From Candidatus Shapirobacteria bacterium GW2011_GWF2_37_20 (GTDB lineage: Bacteria > Patescibacteriota > Microgenomatia > UBA12405): a stretch of 64,000 bases of DNA. Below the pieces are notes generated by a model. The model was not told the origin of the DNA. It saw only the letters and a list, made by a program, of their open reading frames with translations, and did no database searches. Within the stretch, counting starts at the first letter, position 1. The number at the start of each line of letters is the position of its first letter. The translations under genes and the position numbers were made by a program. The stretch lies in NCBI GenBank assembly GCA_000989305.1, contig LBTB01000002.1, forward strand, positions 40,411 to 104,410, in the 5' to 3' direction. Shown here in pieces: positions 27,444 through 37,364 of the stretch.

Positions 27444-28697
27444 ATGCAACATTTTAAAACCATTAATTGTCTTGACATCGGCACTTCGAAAATAACCTCC
27501 ATTATCGGTCAGTATCCTGAAAACGAAACCAAGATAAATGTCGTTGGTGTTGCCTCTGTTCCGGCAGTCGGTTTTAAAAAAGGTCAAATAATCAATCTGG
27601 AACAAGCCAGCAAAACTATTACCGAATGTATCGAATCTTCCGAAAGAATGGCTGGTTTTCAAATTAATCACGCCTTTATTTCCCTCACCGCTCCCCACTT
27701 TGAATCATTTAATTCCAAGGGTGTAACTGCTATTTCCGGAGCTAGCGGAGAAATATCAAGTGTAGATATTGATCGGGCCATTGAGGCCGCCAAGGCAATC
27801 TCACTGCCAGCTAATAAAGAAATTGTTCATGTAATTCCCCGTCTTTTTACCGTTGATGGTCAGGAAGGCGTCATCGACCCCATTGGAATGAGTGGTGTTC
27901 GACTAGAGGTTGAAACTCATTTAATTTTAGCCTCAACCCCGGCTTTAAAGAATCTCAACAAGTGCCTCGAAGAAATTGGTATAAAGGTCGATGCTCTTGC
28001 CTATTCCGGTTTAACTTCCGCCAAAGCTTGTTTAAGCGAAACAGAAACAGAACTTGGAGTAGCCCTTGTCGATATTGGAGGTAGCAACACCACCATTACC
28101 ATTTTCCAGGAGTCCTCACCAGTCTTTTCCGGAGTAATTCCTCTTGGTGCCAACAACATTACCAACGATTTGGCCATAGGTCTTAGACTCCCGCTCCAAG
28201 AATCAGAAAAAATTAAAATCAAACTGAAAGCTTATGCCGACAAGAAAGGCTTTGAAGACGAAATTGAATTAACTCATCTTGGCATCCTAAGTGAGGACAA
28301 GAAAAAAATCTCATTTTCCACCACTGTTAACGGCATTATCAAAGCCAGACTTGAAGAAATTTTTGGATTTATCTTTGACCAAATAGAAGACAATGGTTTT
28401 AAAAATTCTATTCCCGCCGGAATTGTTCTAACCGGTGGCGGCTCTCAAACAATTTTGGCTAAAGAAGTCTGCGCTGATGTTATCCCTTTGCCAGTCAGAA
28501 TAGCCGATCCTCCACGTCTCGGAGGCTTGGTTGACGATATAACCAACCCCGCCTTTTCCAGCACCATCGGTACTATTTTATATTTTCAAACTCATAAAAT
28601 TAATCCAAAAAACAACTCTTCAAACAAAAAAATGAAGGTTTCTTTTGATGGAATATTCGGTCGTCTTAAAGGTTTTATCGAACCTCTTTTACCTTAA
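27444..28697 (+). CDS. ftsA: cell division protein FtsA
   Basis: CLDIGTSKITSIIG (actin-like phosphate-1 motif), VDIGGSNTTITIF (phosphate-2) and VLTGGGSQT (adenosine motif). Confidence 0.8.
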   Translation: MQHFKTINCLDIGTSKITSIIGQYPENETKINVVGVASVPAVGFKKGQIINLEQASKTITECIESSERMAGFQINHAFISLTAPHFESFNSKGVTAISGASGEISSVDIDRAIEAAKAISLPANKEIVHVIPRLFTVDGQEGVIDPIGMSGVRLEVETHLILASTPALKNLNKCLEEIGIKVDALAYSGLTSAKACLSETETELGVALVDIGGSNTTITIFQESSPVFSGVIPLGANNITNDLAIGLRLPLQESEKIKIKLKAYADKKGFEDEIELTHLGILSEDKKKISFSTTVNGIIKARLEEIFGFIFDQIEDNGFKNSIPAGIVLTGGGSQTILAKEVCADVIPLPVRIADPPRLGGLVDDITNPAFSSTIGTILYFQTHKINPKNNSSNKKMKVSFDGIFGRLKGFIEPLLP

Positions 28698-28698
28698 C

Positions 28699-29847
28699 AT
28701 GGGCTTAATTAAAACACTTACAGGTCAATTCGCAAAAATAAAAGTCATTGGTGTCGGTGGCGGCGGTAACAATGCCGTAAACTCCATGATTTCTCAAGAA
28801 GAAATCAAGGGTGTTGATTTTATTGCTGTCAATACTGATTCTCAGGTTCTTTTAAACTCCCTGGCTCCGATCAAAATTCAAATTGGAGAAAAAATTACCA
28901 AGGGTCTTGGGGCCGGTGGTGACCCAAATGTTGGCCAACAAGCAGCTGAAGAATCCCGGGAACGAATTAAGGAAGTGCTTGAAGGTACTGACATGCTTTT
29001 TATCACCGGCGGTATGGGTGGTGGTACTTGTACTGGTGCCGCTCCCATCATTGCTGAAATTGCCAAAAAAGAACTAAATATCCTGACAATTGCCGTCGTC
29101 ACCAAACCCTTCTTGTTCGAAGGAACCCGGCGCATGAGCAAAGCCGAGGAAGGCTTGTCCCGTCTTCGACAAAATGTCGACACCCTGATTGTAATCCCAA
29201 ACCAGCGGGTTATGGAGGTAGTTAACTCTCAGGCTACTCTGCTTGAAGCCTTCAAAATTGCTGATTCTGTTTTAACCAAAGGTACCAAAGCCATTGCCGA
29301 TTTAATCACCACTTCCGGCCTGATCAACCTTGATTTTGCTGATATCAAATCTGTCATGAGCAATGCCGGTTCTGCCCTCATGGGAGTCGGGGAAGCTGAA
29401 GGAAAAAATAAGGCCCAAGACGCCGTTGAAACTGCCATTGATTCTCCGCTCGTTGAAGTTAATATTGACGGGGCCAGGGGAGTCCTTATCAATATCACCG
29501 GAGGTCCCGACATTACTATGGCCGAAATTGAAGAATCTGCCAAAACTATCACCTCTCACGTTGCTCCCGACGCTAATGTAATTTTTGGAGCTTCGATTGA
29601 CCCGGAACTCAAAGATAAAGTTAAAATCACCATCATTGCTACCGGTTTCGATCCAAGTAAAAATCTAACCCATTCTTCCTACAAAAAACCAGTTACCATG
29701 CAAAAACCCTTAATCGATGACGATTCTGAACCTCAAAAAGAACTTGATCCTAAACTTCAAAATTTGATGGCCGATCAGGAAATTCCTGCCGGAGTTGAAA
29801 TCGAAGACGAATTCGACATCCCTGCCTTTTTACGAAAAAATAGTTAA
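28699..29847 (+). CDS. ftsZ: cell division GTPase FtsZ
   Basis: IKVIGVGGGGNNAVNSM and GGMGGGTCTGAAPIIAEIAK (tubulin signature; Cys at 29029-29031 replaces the usual Gly of GGGTGTG), then T7-loop NIDFADIK. ATG at 28699 lies 1 nt after the ftsA stop. Confidence 0.9.
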   Translation: MGLIKTLTGQFAKIKVIGVGGGGNNAVNSMISQEEIKGVDFIAVNTDSQVLLNSLAPIKIQIGEKITKGLGAGGDPNVGQQAAEESRERIKEVLEGTDMLFITGGMGGGTCTGAAPIIAEIAKKELNILTIAVVTKPFLFEGTRRMSKAEEGLSRLRQNVDTLIVIPNQRVMEVVNSQATLLEAFKIADSVLTKGTKAIADLITTSGLINLDFADIKSVMSNAGSALMGVGEAEGKNKAQDAVETAIDSPLVEVNIDGARGVLINITGGPDITMAEIEESAKTITSHVAPDANVIFGASIDPELKDKVKITIIATGFDPSKNLTHSSYKKPVTMQKPLIDDDSEPQKELDPKLQNLMADQEIPAGVEIEDEFDIPAFLRKNS

Positions 29848-29855
29848 AATACACT

Positions 29856-32627
29856 ATGCCGTATTTTAAAGAACTTCCCAATACCCCAGACTTTCCTCAG
29901 CTGGAAAAAGATATTCTCACCTGGTGGCAGGATAACAATCTTGTCCAAAAATATCTTCACAAAAATGATGATTCAAAAGAAATCTTTTCTTTTATTGACG
30001 GACCTATCACCGCCAACGCCCCCATGGGAGTTCACCATGCTCGGGGAAGGACTTTAAAAGACGTCTTTCAAAGATTTAAAAACGCTCAAGGCTTTTCCCA
30101 AAGGTTTCAAAATGGTTTTGATTGTCAGGGACTTTGGGTCGAAGTTGAAGTCGAAAAAGAAAATGGTTTTAATTCTAAAAAAGATATTCAAAATTTTGGT
30201 TTAAAAAACTTTACTAAAGCTTGCCTGGCTCGGGTTGACAAATTCAGTAAAATTCAAACCGAACAATCAATTCGTCTAGGAATGTTTATGGATTGGGAAA
30301 ACTCATATTACACCAATTCCCAGACCAATAATCTCTATATCTGGCACTTTCTAAAAACTGTTTGGCAAAAAGGTTGGCTTGTTCAAAGAAAAAGTGCCAC
30401 TACTTGGTGTCCCCGCTGTGAAACCGGCCTCTCTCAACATGAGCAAGCCGATGGATATCAAATGGATACCGACACTTCTGTTTTTCTAAAATTCAAATTA
30501 AGCGACAGGAAAAATGAATATTTTCTTGCTTGGACTACAACGCCCTGGACTCTCGCCGCCAATGTTTTATTGGCTATTAATACTAAATTTGAATATGTCA
30601 AAGCCAAATATGAAAATCAAATTTTGTATTTAGCCAAAGAATCTGCCGACAGACTGGGCATAACTGATTACAAGAACATAGACCCTAAAACTTTACTAAA
30701 TCTTAAATACGAATCATTGTTTGATATTCCCGCCCAAAAGGGGATTAAGCACTATATTACTCAATGGGACCAGGTCAATCCTTCCGAAGGTACTGGAGTT
30801 GTCCATATCGCCCCCGGCTGTGGTCAGGAAGATTTTGAATTAGGTAAAAAACTAAATTCCGATATGTTATCGCCCTTAACCGAAAATGGTCACTTTATTG
30901 AAAACTATGGTTTTCTAACCGGAAAATATGCCCACGGAGTCAATGATGAAGTTATTAAATACTTAGAATCCAATAACTCTTTATTTAAAACTGAAGCCGT
31001 CACTCATCGCTACCCCCATTGCTGGCGCTGTAAAACAAAGTGTCTCTTCCGTTTGGAAAATTCCTGGTATATTAATTCCGATGAAATTCGCCCTCTCCTA
31101 AAGGAAGCTGCAAAAAAAGTTGACTGGCATCCAAAATATACCGCTCGCCGGATGCAAAATTGGCTTGATTCTATGGAAGATTGGATGATTAGTCGCAAAC
31201 GTTTCTACGGCCTCGCCCTTCCTTTTTATCAATGTAGTTGTGGTGAATTAACTGTCATTGGTTCTAAAGAAGAACTAAAGGAAAAAGCTATTAATCCTAA
31301 ATTAATCGACAAACTACCTTCATTTCATCGACCCTGGATTGATGAAATAGAAATAAAATGCCCAAAATGCGGCAAAAATGTCAAACGTATTCCTGACGTC
31401 GGCGACGTTTGGCTTGATGCTGGAGTTGTTCCTTTTTCAACCCTAAAATACCTCGATGATAAAACCTATTGGCAAAAGTGGTTCCCCGCCCAAATGGTTC
31501 TGGAAATGACCGAACAAATACGTTTATGGTTTTATTCCATGCTTTACTTTAGTGTTACTTTTGAGGGTACCGCGCCTTACAAAAGTGTTGTTACTTACTC
31601 CGAAGTTCGTGATCAAAAAGGAGAGCGCATGAGCAAGACCAAGAAAAATGGCATTCCCTTTGACGAAGCTGTTGATAAAATGGGGGCCGACCCCATGCGT
31701 TGGCTTTATTGCCAACAAAAAGCTCACGCCAGTGTTAACTTTGGCTACAATATCGCCGACCAGGTAAAGCGTGATTTCCTTTTAATTCTTTGGAATTCCT
31801 ATCGTTTTTTCACCCAACACGCCAATCTTGAAAACTGGCAACCTCCAAAAAACTCAAGCCCAAGCGAGACCAAACATCCTATGGATAAATGGCTACTGTC
31901 ACGTCTGCACCACACCATCGAGCTCTCAACAAAAAACCTTGAAAAATATAACACCTCAAAAGTCACTGAAAGTATCGAAAAATTTGTCAACGATCTTTCC
32001 ACTTGGTACATTCGACGTTCCCGTGACCGAAATGATAATTTCGAACTATTGTCTCTTGTCTTTGACAACTTATTTAAACTAATGGCTCCCGTTACCCCTT
32101 TCTTAAGTGAAACTTTATATCAAAATCTAAATTCTCAAAAATCAGTACATTTGGAAAAATGGCCACTAAATGACAACTCCTTCATTGATGAAAAATTAGA
32201 AAAAGACATGGACCTCGTTAGAACACTTTGTCAACTAGCCCACGCCCAAAGACAAGTTGCCAATATTAAAATTCGTCAGCCATTATCAAATCTTGATCTT
32301 CACTGCCCCACAGAATTGAGCCCGGAACTTTTAGCTATTATTGGCGAAGAAGTAAACATCAAAACAGTTAAGATTACAAAAATCACTGACACTGTTAAAG
32401 TAATTTTGGAAACAACAATTACTCCCGAACTTGCCGCTGAAGGTGAATATCGAGATCTGATCAGAAACATCCAGGTTCTCAGAAAAAATCAGGGCTTACT
32501 CGTCCAAGATAGAATTAAAATACGCGCCCCCTCATGGCCCAAAGAATTCGAAAAACAAATTTTGGAAAAAACCCTTGCCGATTCTTTGGAAATAGGGGAC
32601 ATTCTCAGTCTTGAAAAAAGCTCATGA
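29856..32627 (+). CDS. ileS: isoleucine--tRNA ligase (class I, reduced 923-aa form)
   Basis: HIGH-like PMGVHHARG and KMSKS-like ERMSKTKKNG. IleRS-like blocks FGLKNFTKACLARVDKFSKIQTEQSIRLGMFMDWENSYYT and TWCPRCETGLSQHE. ValRS cannot be fully excluded without alignment. Confidence 0.65.
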   Translation: MPYFKELPNTPDFPQLEKDILTWWQDNNLVQKYLHKNDDSKEIFSFIDGPITANAPMGVHHARGRTLKDVFQRFKNAQGFSQRFQNGFDCQGLWVEVEVEKENGFNSKKDIQNFGLKNFTKACLARVDKFSKIQTEQSIRLGMFMDWENSYYTNSQTNNLYIWHFLKTVWQKGWLVQRKSATTWCPRCETGLSQHEQADGYQMDTDTSVFLKFKLSDRKNEYFLAWTTTPWTLAANVLLAINTKFEYVKAKYENQILYLAKESADRLGITDYKNIDPKTLLNLKYESLFDIPAQKGIKHYITQWDQVNPSEGTGVVHIAPGCGQEDFELGKKLNSDMLSPLTENGHFIENYGFLTGKYAHGVNDEVIKYLESNNSLFKTEAVTHRYPHCWRCKTKCLFRLENSWYINSDEIRPLLKEAAKKVDWHPKYTARRMQNWLDSMEDWMISRKRFYGLALPFYQCSCGELTVIGSKEELKEKAINPKLIDKLPSFHRPWIDEIEIKCPKCGKNVKRIPDVGDVWLDAGVVPFSTLKYLDDKTYWQKWFPAQMVLEMTEQIRLWFYSMLYFSVTFEGTAPYKSVVTYSEVRDQKGERMSKTKKNGIPFDEAVDKMGADPMRWLYCQQKAHASVNFGYNIADQVKRDFLLILWNSYRFFTQHANLENWQPPKNSSPSETKHPMDKWLLSRLHHTIELSTKNLEKYNTSKVTESIEKFVNDLSTWYIRRSRDRNDNFELLSLVFDNLFKLMAPVTPFLSETLYQNLNSQKSVHLEKWPLNDNSFIDEKLEKDMDLVRTLCQLAHAQRQVANIKIRQPLSNLDLHCPTELSPELLAIIGEEVNIKTVKITKITDTVKVILETTITPELAAEGEYRDLIRNIQVLRKNQGLLVQDRIKIRAPSWPKEFEKQILEKTLADSLEIGDILSLEKSS

Positions 32628-33622
32628 GAAAAAAAATTCCTATCGCTCTTATCATCAGTCTAATAGTCCTCTCCTCACTTAATTTGCTGATGATTAGTTC
32701 CTTAGCTCCGTCACTTTTTTGGAAACAATTATTAGCCTGGATTATCGGAATCGGCTTGTTTGTCTTCGGTATGCAGATTAACCCCAAACAAACTAAAGCT
32801 CAGGGGCCACTCCTCCTAATCATTTCTTGCATAATTCTATTACTACCCATACTGGCCGGAAATTTCACCCGTGGCTCCCGTCGTTGGCTCTACATCGGCC
32901 CAATGTCATTACAGCCAAGTGAAATTGTCAAAGGTCCTCTCATGCTTTTTTTATCAACTACCAGCCTTCCTCTTCTTCACCTTATCCCAGTGGGAATTAT
33001 CATGCTTCAGCCGGATTTAGGAAGTGCCATTACTGTCTTTATCCTGATTATTCCCATAATTCTTTATAGTAAAAAATTATTCAAGCTTAGTCTCATTGCT
33101 GGAGCTATCTTTCTTCTTATCTCTCCCTTAAGTTATAAGTATATTCTCAAAGATTATCAGCGTCAGAGAATTGAACACTTTTTAAACCCTGCCTCCGACC
33201 CGCTAGGTCAGGGATATAACTTAATTCAGTCTCAAATTGCCATTGGCTCCGGCGGTCTCTTTGGTAAAGGTTACCGTAAAGGCACCCAGGGACAATTACT
33301 CTTCTTGCCCGAAAAACATTCCGATTTTATTTTTGCTTCTACTACTGAAGAATTAGGTCTCTTTGCTGTTCTACTTATTATTACTTCCTATTTTTTAATC
33401 ATAAAAACCCTCCTTGTCAAAGCCTTTCAAACAACCAACAACTTACCTCTTTTTCTTTTTACTCTCGGCATTGCCATTGAAATTTGGGTCCAAGCCTTTA
33501 TCAATATCGGTATGAATTTAGGTCTACTGCCGGTTACCGGAATTCCTCTGCCTTTCATGTCAGTCGGCGGTTCTTCTATTATGGCCCTCCTCTTTTCTCT
33601 TGGTGTTATTTCCTCCGCCTAA
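32624..33622 (+). CDS. rodA: SEDS-family protein (RodA/FtsW paralogue)
   Basis: TGIPLPFMSVGGSSIMALLFSLGV (SEDS signature) in a polytopic membrane protein. Second SEDS gene in the window. Confidence 0.65.
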   Translation: MRKKIPIALIISLIVLSSLNLLMISSLAPSLFWKQLLAWIIGIGLFVFGMQINPKQTKAQGPLLLIISCIILLLPILAGNFTRGSRRWLYIGPMSLQPSEIVKGPLMLFLSTTSLPLLHLIPVGIIMLQPDLGSAITVFILIIPIILYSKKLFKLSLIAGAIFLLISPLSYKYILKDYQRQRIEHFLNPASDPLGQGYNLIQSQIAIGSGGLFGKGYRKGTQGQLLFLPEKHSDFIFASTTEELGLFAVLLIITSYFLIIKTLLVKAFQTTNNLPLFLFTLGIAIEIWVQAFINIGMNLGLLPVTGIPLPFMSVGGSSIMALLFSLGVISSA

Positions 33623-33634
33623 AAATTTATCCTA

Positions 33635-33643
33635 TGATATAAT
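33635..33643 (+). promoter_or_regulatory. extended -10 element TGATATAAT upstream of rplU (very short leader)
   Basis: TGnTATAAT at 33635-33643, 8 nt before the rplU ATG. No obvious SD, so the transcript may be leaderless or near-leaderless. Confidence 0.3.
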
Positions 33644-33651
33644 CGAAAAGT

Positions 33652-33957
33652 ATGAAATATGCGGTAATTGCCATTTCTGGCACACAATACAAAGTTGAAG
33701 AAAATCAAACCATTACGGTCGACAAATTTGATCCCACCATTAAATCGACCGATCAAGTTCTTTTAACCGTCAATGACGACAAAATTACTGTCGGTACTCC
33801 TCTGGTTAAAGGTGCCTCCGTTGACTTTGAATCAGTCAGAGACTATCAGGGAGAAAAACTCCGTGTCTCGACTTTTAAAGCCAAATCCCGTTATCGAAAA
33901 ACCCGTGGTTTTAGGGCTCAATTAGCCGACATTAAAATTACCAAAATTAATCTCTAA
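33652..33957 (+). CDS. rplU: 50S ribosomal protein L21
   Basis: MKYAVIAISGTQYKVEENQTITVDK matches the L21 N-terminus (MYAVIETGGKQYKV). Confidence 0.85.
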   Translation: MKYAVIAISGTQYKVEENQTITVDKFDPTIKSTDQVLLTVNDDKITVGTPLVKGASVDFESVRDYQGEKLRVSTFKAKSRYRKTRGFRAQLADIKITKINL

Positions 33958-33960
33958 ACA

Positions 33961-34395
33961 ATGGCACATACAAAATCCCAAGGAAAAACTAATCAAAAAT
34001 CAAATCGTCCCGGTCAAAGACGAGGCATCAAAAAATTTGGTGATCAAAAAATTTCTGTTGGCCAAATTATTGTCCGTCAAGTTGGCTCCAAAGTTCATGG
34101 GGGAGTTGGTACCAAAACTGGTAAAGATTTCACTGTTTATGCTATGCGTCCCGGTATAGTCAAGTTTTTCACAAAATTAGGCAAAAAATTCGTTTCTGTT
34201 GTTAAGGCTAATAAAAATGTTAAAAAAGCTGAGAAAAAAAGTGTTGAACATACTAGTAAAATTGTCAAAGCCAAATATGTCACTAAAAAAGCTGTTACCG
34301 AAAAAGTAGCCGTAAAAGCTATTAAGAAAACAGTCAAAAAACCCGTAAAGAAAACAGTCAAAAAAACTGCCTCCACCACTAAAGCTAAAAACTGA
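33961..34395 (+). CDS. rpmA: 50S ribosomal protein L27 with a ~60-aa lysine-rich C-terminal extension
   Basis: MAHTKSQGKTNQKS...RQVGSKVHGGVGTKTGKDFTVYAMRPGIVKF is the L27 core, about 85 aa. It is followed by KANKNVKKAEKK...KKTVKKPVKKTVKKTASTTKAKN. Confidence 0.85.
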   Translation: MAHTKSQGKTNQKSNRPGQRRGIKKFGDQKISVGQIIVRQVGSKVHGGVGTKTGKDFTVYAMRPGIVKFFTKLGKKFVSVVKANKNVKKAEKKSVEHTSKIVKAKYVTKKAVTEKVAVKAIKKTVKKPVKKTVKKTASTTKAKN

Positions 34396-34445
34396 CACAT
34401 TTCATCACACTTTTTTCACGAGGGTTTTCATAGTAGACTCTTTAC

Positions 34446-35294
34446 ATGAAAGATGTCACTCAAATTCCAACCAACCAGCTTGAACCAAATCCCTTACAAC
34501 CCAGAGGCACCATCAACCCTGATTCGGTTGCCGAATTAGTCGAGTCTATCCGTGAACACGGCATCTTGGAGCCTTTGATTATCGCCCAAACTCCGGCCGG
34601 CTATCAAATTATTGCCGGTGAGCGTCGGTGGCGTGCCGCCCGTATCTTAAAATTACCCTACGTTCCAGCAATTATCAAAAAAACTACCCCCCAGCAAATG
34701 CTGGAAATGGCCATTGTTGAAAATGTTCAACGTAAAGATTTAAATCCAATTGAAAGAGCCAAAGCTTTTTTAAGACTTAAAGAAGAATTCGGTCTTGATA
34801 ATCACGGTATTGCCAAAAAAGTCAGCAAAAGTGTTCCTTATATTATTAATGTTCTAAAGCTTCTCAGTTTACCTGACGCCATCAAAGATGGGTTATTGTC
34901 TGGATTAATCTCCGAAGGTCATGCTAGAGCTCTCAGCGGCATTGCTGATACCCGTTTAATGATCGAGGCATACAAAATTATTCTCAAAGAAAAGGCCTCG
35001 GTTCGACGTGCCGAAGAAATCGCCAGACGCATGCGTCAAAAAATTGATGAAGGACTTATTCCCATCAACAAAGAAAATATACCCCAATTTTTAAAATCCC
35101 GTCTCGACAATATCAGTTCAGATCTTGAATCTATTTTTGACGATAAAACTACTAAGGTAAAAATTTCTCAAACCAATATTTACACTCGGGTTATTTTTCA
35201 ATTTCGGGGTCCAGTCGAGAAACGTTTTCAGCAACTTAGCGAATTATACAAAGAAGTCTGTAAAAAAGATTTACAACCTGATAGTCGGGATTAA
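34446..35294 (+). CDS. parB: chromosome partitioning protein ParB/Spo0J
   Basis: ParB N-terminal domain GERRWRAARILKL (ParB box II) and LSGLISEGHARAL. Confidence 0.8.
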   Translation: MKDVTQIPTNQLEPNPLQPRGTINPDSVAELVESIREHGILEPLIIAQTPAGYQIIAGERRWRAARILKLPYVPAIIKKTTPQQMLEMAIVENVQRKDLNPIERAKAFLRLKEEFGLDNHGIAKKVSKSVPYIINVLKLLSLPDAIKDGLLSGLISEGHARALSGIADTRLMIEAYKIILKEKASVRRAEEIARRMRQKIDEGLIPINKENIPQFLKSRLDNISSDLESIFDDKTTKVKISQTNIYTRVIFQFRGPVEKRFQQLSELYKEVCKKDLQPDSRD

Positions 35295-35849
35295 ACCCAT
35301 TGCCGAAATTGGCCAGTACTTAAAGAATGCCTTGCCTAAAATTAATTCTTTATTAATTGGTCCAAATTCACGGCTATCACGGGAATGAGATCGATTATCT
35401 CCGAAAACTAAAAACTGACCTTCAGGTACCGATACTTCCAATCCTTCCTGACAAAATTCTCCTGGCAATGTCACATAGTCATCAGGCAAAAAGTTCTGCT
35501 CCAACAATTGACCATTCAAATATACCTTGTTGTTTTCCACCATTACTCTATCACCAGGTAAACCTATTATTCTCTTTATATACTCACATTCATCTTCAGC
35601 GCAGGCTTCAGTTGCCGGAGCCTTAAACACCACCACATCACCCCGCATCGGCTGTGAAAATTGATAGCTAAGCTTATCGGTCAATAAATACTCTCCGTCA
35701 GTAAAATTTGGTACCATTGAACTTCCCTTAACTTGATTGGGTTGAGCTACAAATAAATACAAGAGAACAAAGACTGACAGAGCCAAAACAATTGACTGAA
35801 CAAACTCTAAAATAAAATTTCCCAGTGAAAACGCCTTTCTAAATTTCAT
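35271..35849 (-). CDS. lepB: signal peptidase I
   Basis: N-terminal TM, GSSMVPNF (catalytic Ser box B), GDVVVFKAP, GLPGDRV and GDNRSHSRDSREFGP (boxes D/E). Confidence 0.8.
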   Translation of the reverse strand: MKFRKAFSLGNFILEFVQSIVLALSVFVLLYLFVAQPNQVKGSSMVPNFTDGEYLLTDKLSYQFSQPMRGDVVVFKAPATEACAEDECEYIKRIIGLPGDRVMVENNKVYLNGQLLEQNFLPDDYVTLPGEFCQEGLEVSVPEGQFLVFGDNRSHSRDSREFGPINKELILGKAFFKYWPISAMGLIPTIRL

Positions 35850-35913
35850 AATGTTTAAGTATATATTTCTCCCGCAACAACTACAATCCTTTGTTTTGGT
35901 ATAATTTCCCCAA

Positions 35914-35985
35914 GGCCGCTTGGCTCAGTGGTAGAGCATTCCATTCACATTGGAAAGGTCAAAGGTTCGATCCCTTTAGCGGCCA
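35914..35985 (+). tRNA. tRNA-Val (anticodon CAC)
   Basis: Hand-folded cloverleaf: acceptor GGCCGCT/AGCGGCC, D-arm GCTC-AGTGGTA-GAGC, anticodon stem TTCCA/TGGAA with loop TTCACAT, T-arm AAAGG-TTCGATC-CCTTT, discriminator A. Confidence 0.8.
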
Positions 35986-36028
35986 CTTATAAATTGACTA
36001 GTTACTATCCTCAGTCTAAAATTCAAAC

Positions 36029-37363
36029 ATGTATAAACTCAACCAATTTCTTGAATCCGTCAAATTAAATAATCCCGGCGAAACCGAATTTCTCCAGGCT
36101 GTTACTGAATTCGCCACTTCAGTCATTGATTTTGTCAACAAAAATCCCGCCTATGAACAGGCAAAAATCCTTGAAAGAATCGTTGAACCTGAAAGAAATA
36201 TTTCCTTTAGAGTCACTTGGACCAATGATAAAGGCGAGGTTCAAGTCAATCGCGGCTACCGCATCGAATTTAATTCTGCCATTGGTCCTTACAAGGGAGG
36301 TCTTCGTTTTCATCCGACCGTTAATTCCAGCATCTTAAAATTTTTAGGTTTTGAACAAATTTTCAAAAATTCTCTTACGGGTTTACCCATGGGTGGAGGA
36401 AAAGGTGGGTCCGATTTTGATCCACATGAAAAAACTGATTCTGAAGTTATGAAATTTTGTCAAGCATTCATGAGCGAACTTTATCGCCATATCGGACCAA
36501 ATACCGATGTTCCCGCCGGTGATATCGGCGTTGGTGGTCGAGAAATTGGATATCTTTTCGGTCAATACAAAAAACTAAAAAATGAATTTTCCGGTGTTCT
36601 AACCGGCAAGGGCTTTAATTGGGGTGGTTCTCTTATCCGTCCCGAGGCCACTGGTTTTGGTTTAGTCTATTTCGTCAACGAAATGTTAAAAAATCAAAAA
36701 GATTCTTTAAAAGGTAAAAATGTCTTAATCTCTGGATCCGGTAATGTTGCTCAGTTTGCCGCTCAAAAAGTTATTGAACTTGGCGGTAAATTATTAACCA
36801 TGTCCGATTCCGACGGCACTGTCTACGACAAGGATGGAATTACTCAAGAAAAACTTCAATTTATTATGGATCTAAAAAACAAACAACGCGGCCGTATTAA
36901 AGATTACGCCGACAAATACCACACCGAATATCTTGATGGCAAAAAACCTTGGTCCCTAAAAGCCGACATAGCTCTACCCTGCGCCACTCAAAACGAAATC
37001 GAATTAGAGGATGCTAAGGAATTAGTTTCCAGCGGTGTCATTTTGGTAGGGGAGGGAGCCAACATGCCTCTAAGCAACGATGCTATTGACTATCTTCATT
37101 CTGAAAAAGTTCTTCATTCTCCGGGGAAAGCCAGTAATGCTGGTGGAGTCGCAGTTTCAGGACTCGAAATGTCACAAAATTCTCTTCGTCTTCAATGGTC
37201 CAGAGATGAATTAGACGAAAGACTTCAAAACATCATGAAAGACATTCATCACAAGTGCGTTGAGTACGGCACCGAAAATGGCTATGTAAATTATGTCAAG
37301 GGTGCTAACATTGCCGGCTTCAAAAAAGTCGCCGATGCCATGCTCGACCAGGGAATAGTTTAA
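36029..37363 (+). CDS. gdhA: glutamate dehydrogenase (Glu/Leu/Phe/Val dehydrogenase family)
   Basis: GGGKGGSDFDPHEKTDSEVMKFCQAFMSELYRHIGPNTDVPAGDIGVGGREIGY (GDH catalytic-Lys Gly-rich region) and NAD(P) Rossmann GSGNVAQFAA. Confidence 0.9.
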   Translation: MYKLNQFLESVKLNNPGETEFLQAVTEFATSVIDFVNKNPAYEQAKILERIVEPERNISFRVTWTNDKGEVQVNRGYRIEFNSAIGPYKGGLRFHPTVNSSILKFLGFEQIFKNSLTGLPMGGGKGGSDFDPHEKTDSEVMKFCQAFMSELYRHIGPNTDVPAGDIGVGGREIGYLFGQYKKLKNEFSGVLTGKGFNWGGSLIRPEATGFGLVYFVNEMLKNQKDSLKGKNVLISGSGNVAQFAAQKVIELGGKLLTMSDSDGTVYDKDGITQEKLQFIMDLKNKQRGRIKDYADKYHTEYLDGKKPWSLKADIALPCATQNEIELEDAKELVSSGVILVGEGANMPLSNDAIDYLHSEKVLHSPGKASNAGGVAVSGLEMSQNSLRLQWSRDELDERLQNIMKDIHHKCVEYGTENGYVNYVKGANIAGFKKVADAMLDQGIV

Positions 37364-37364
37364 A

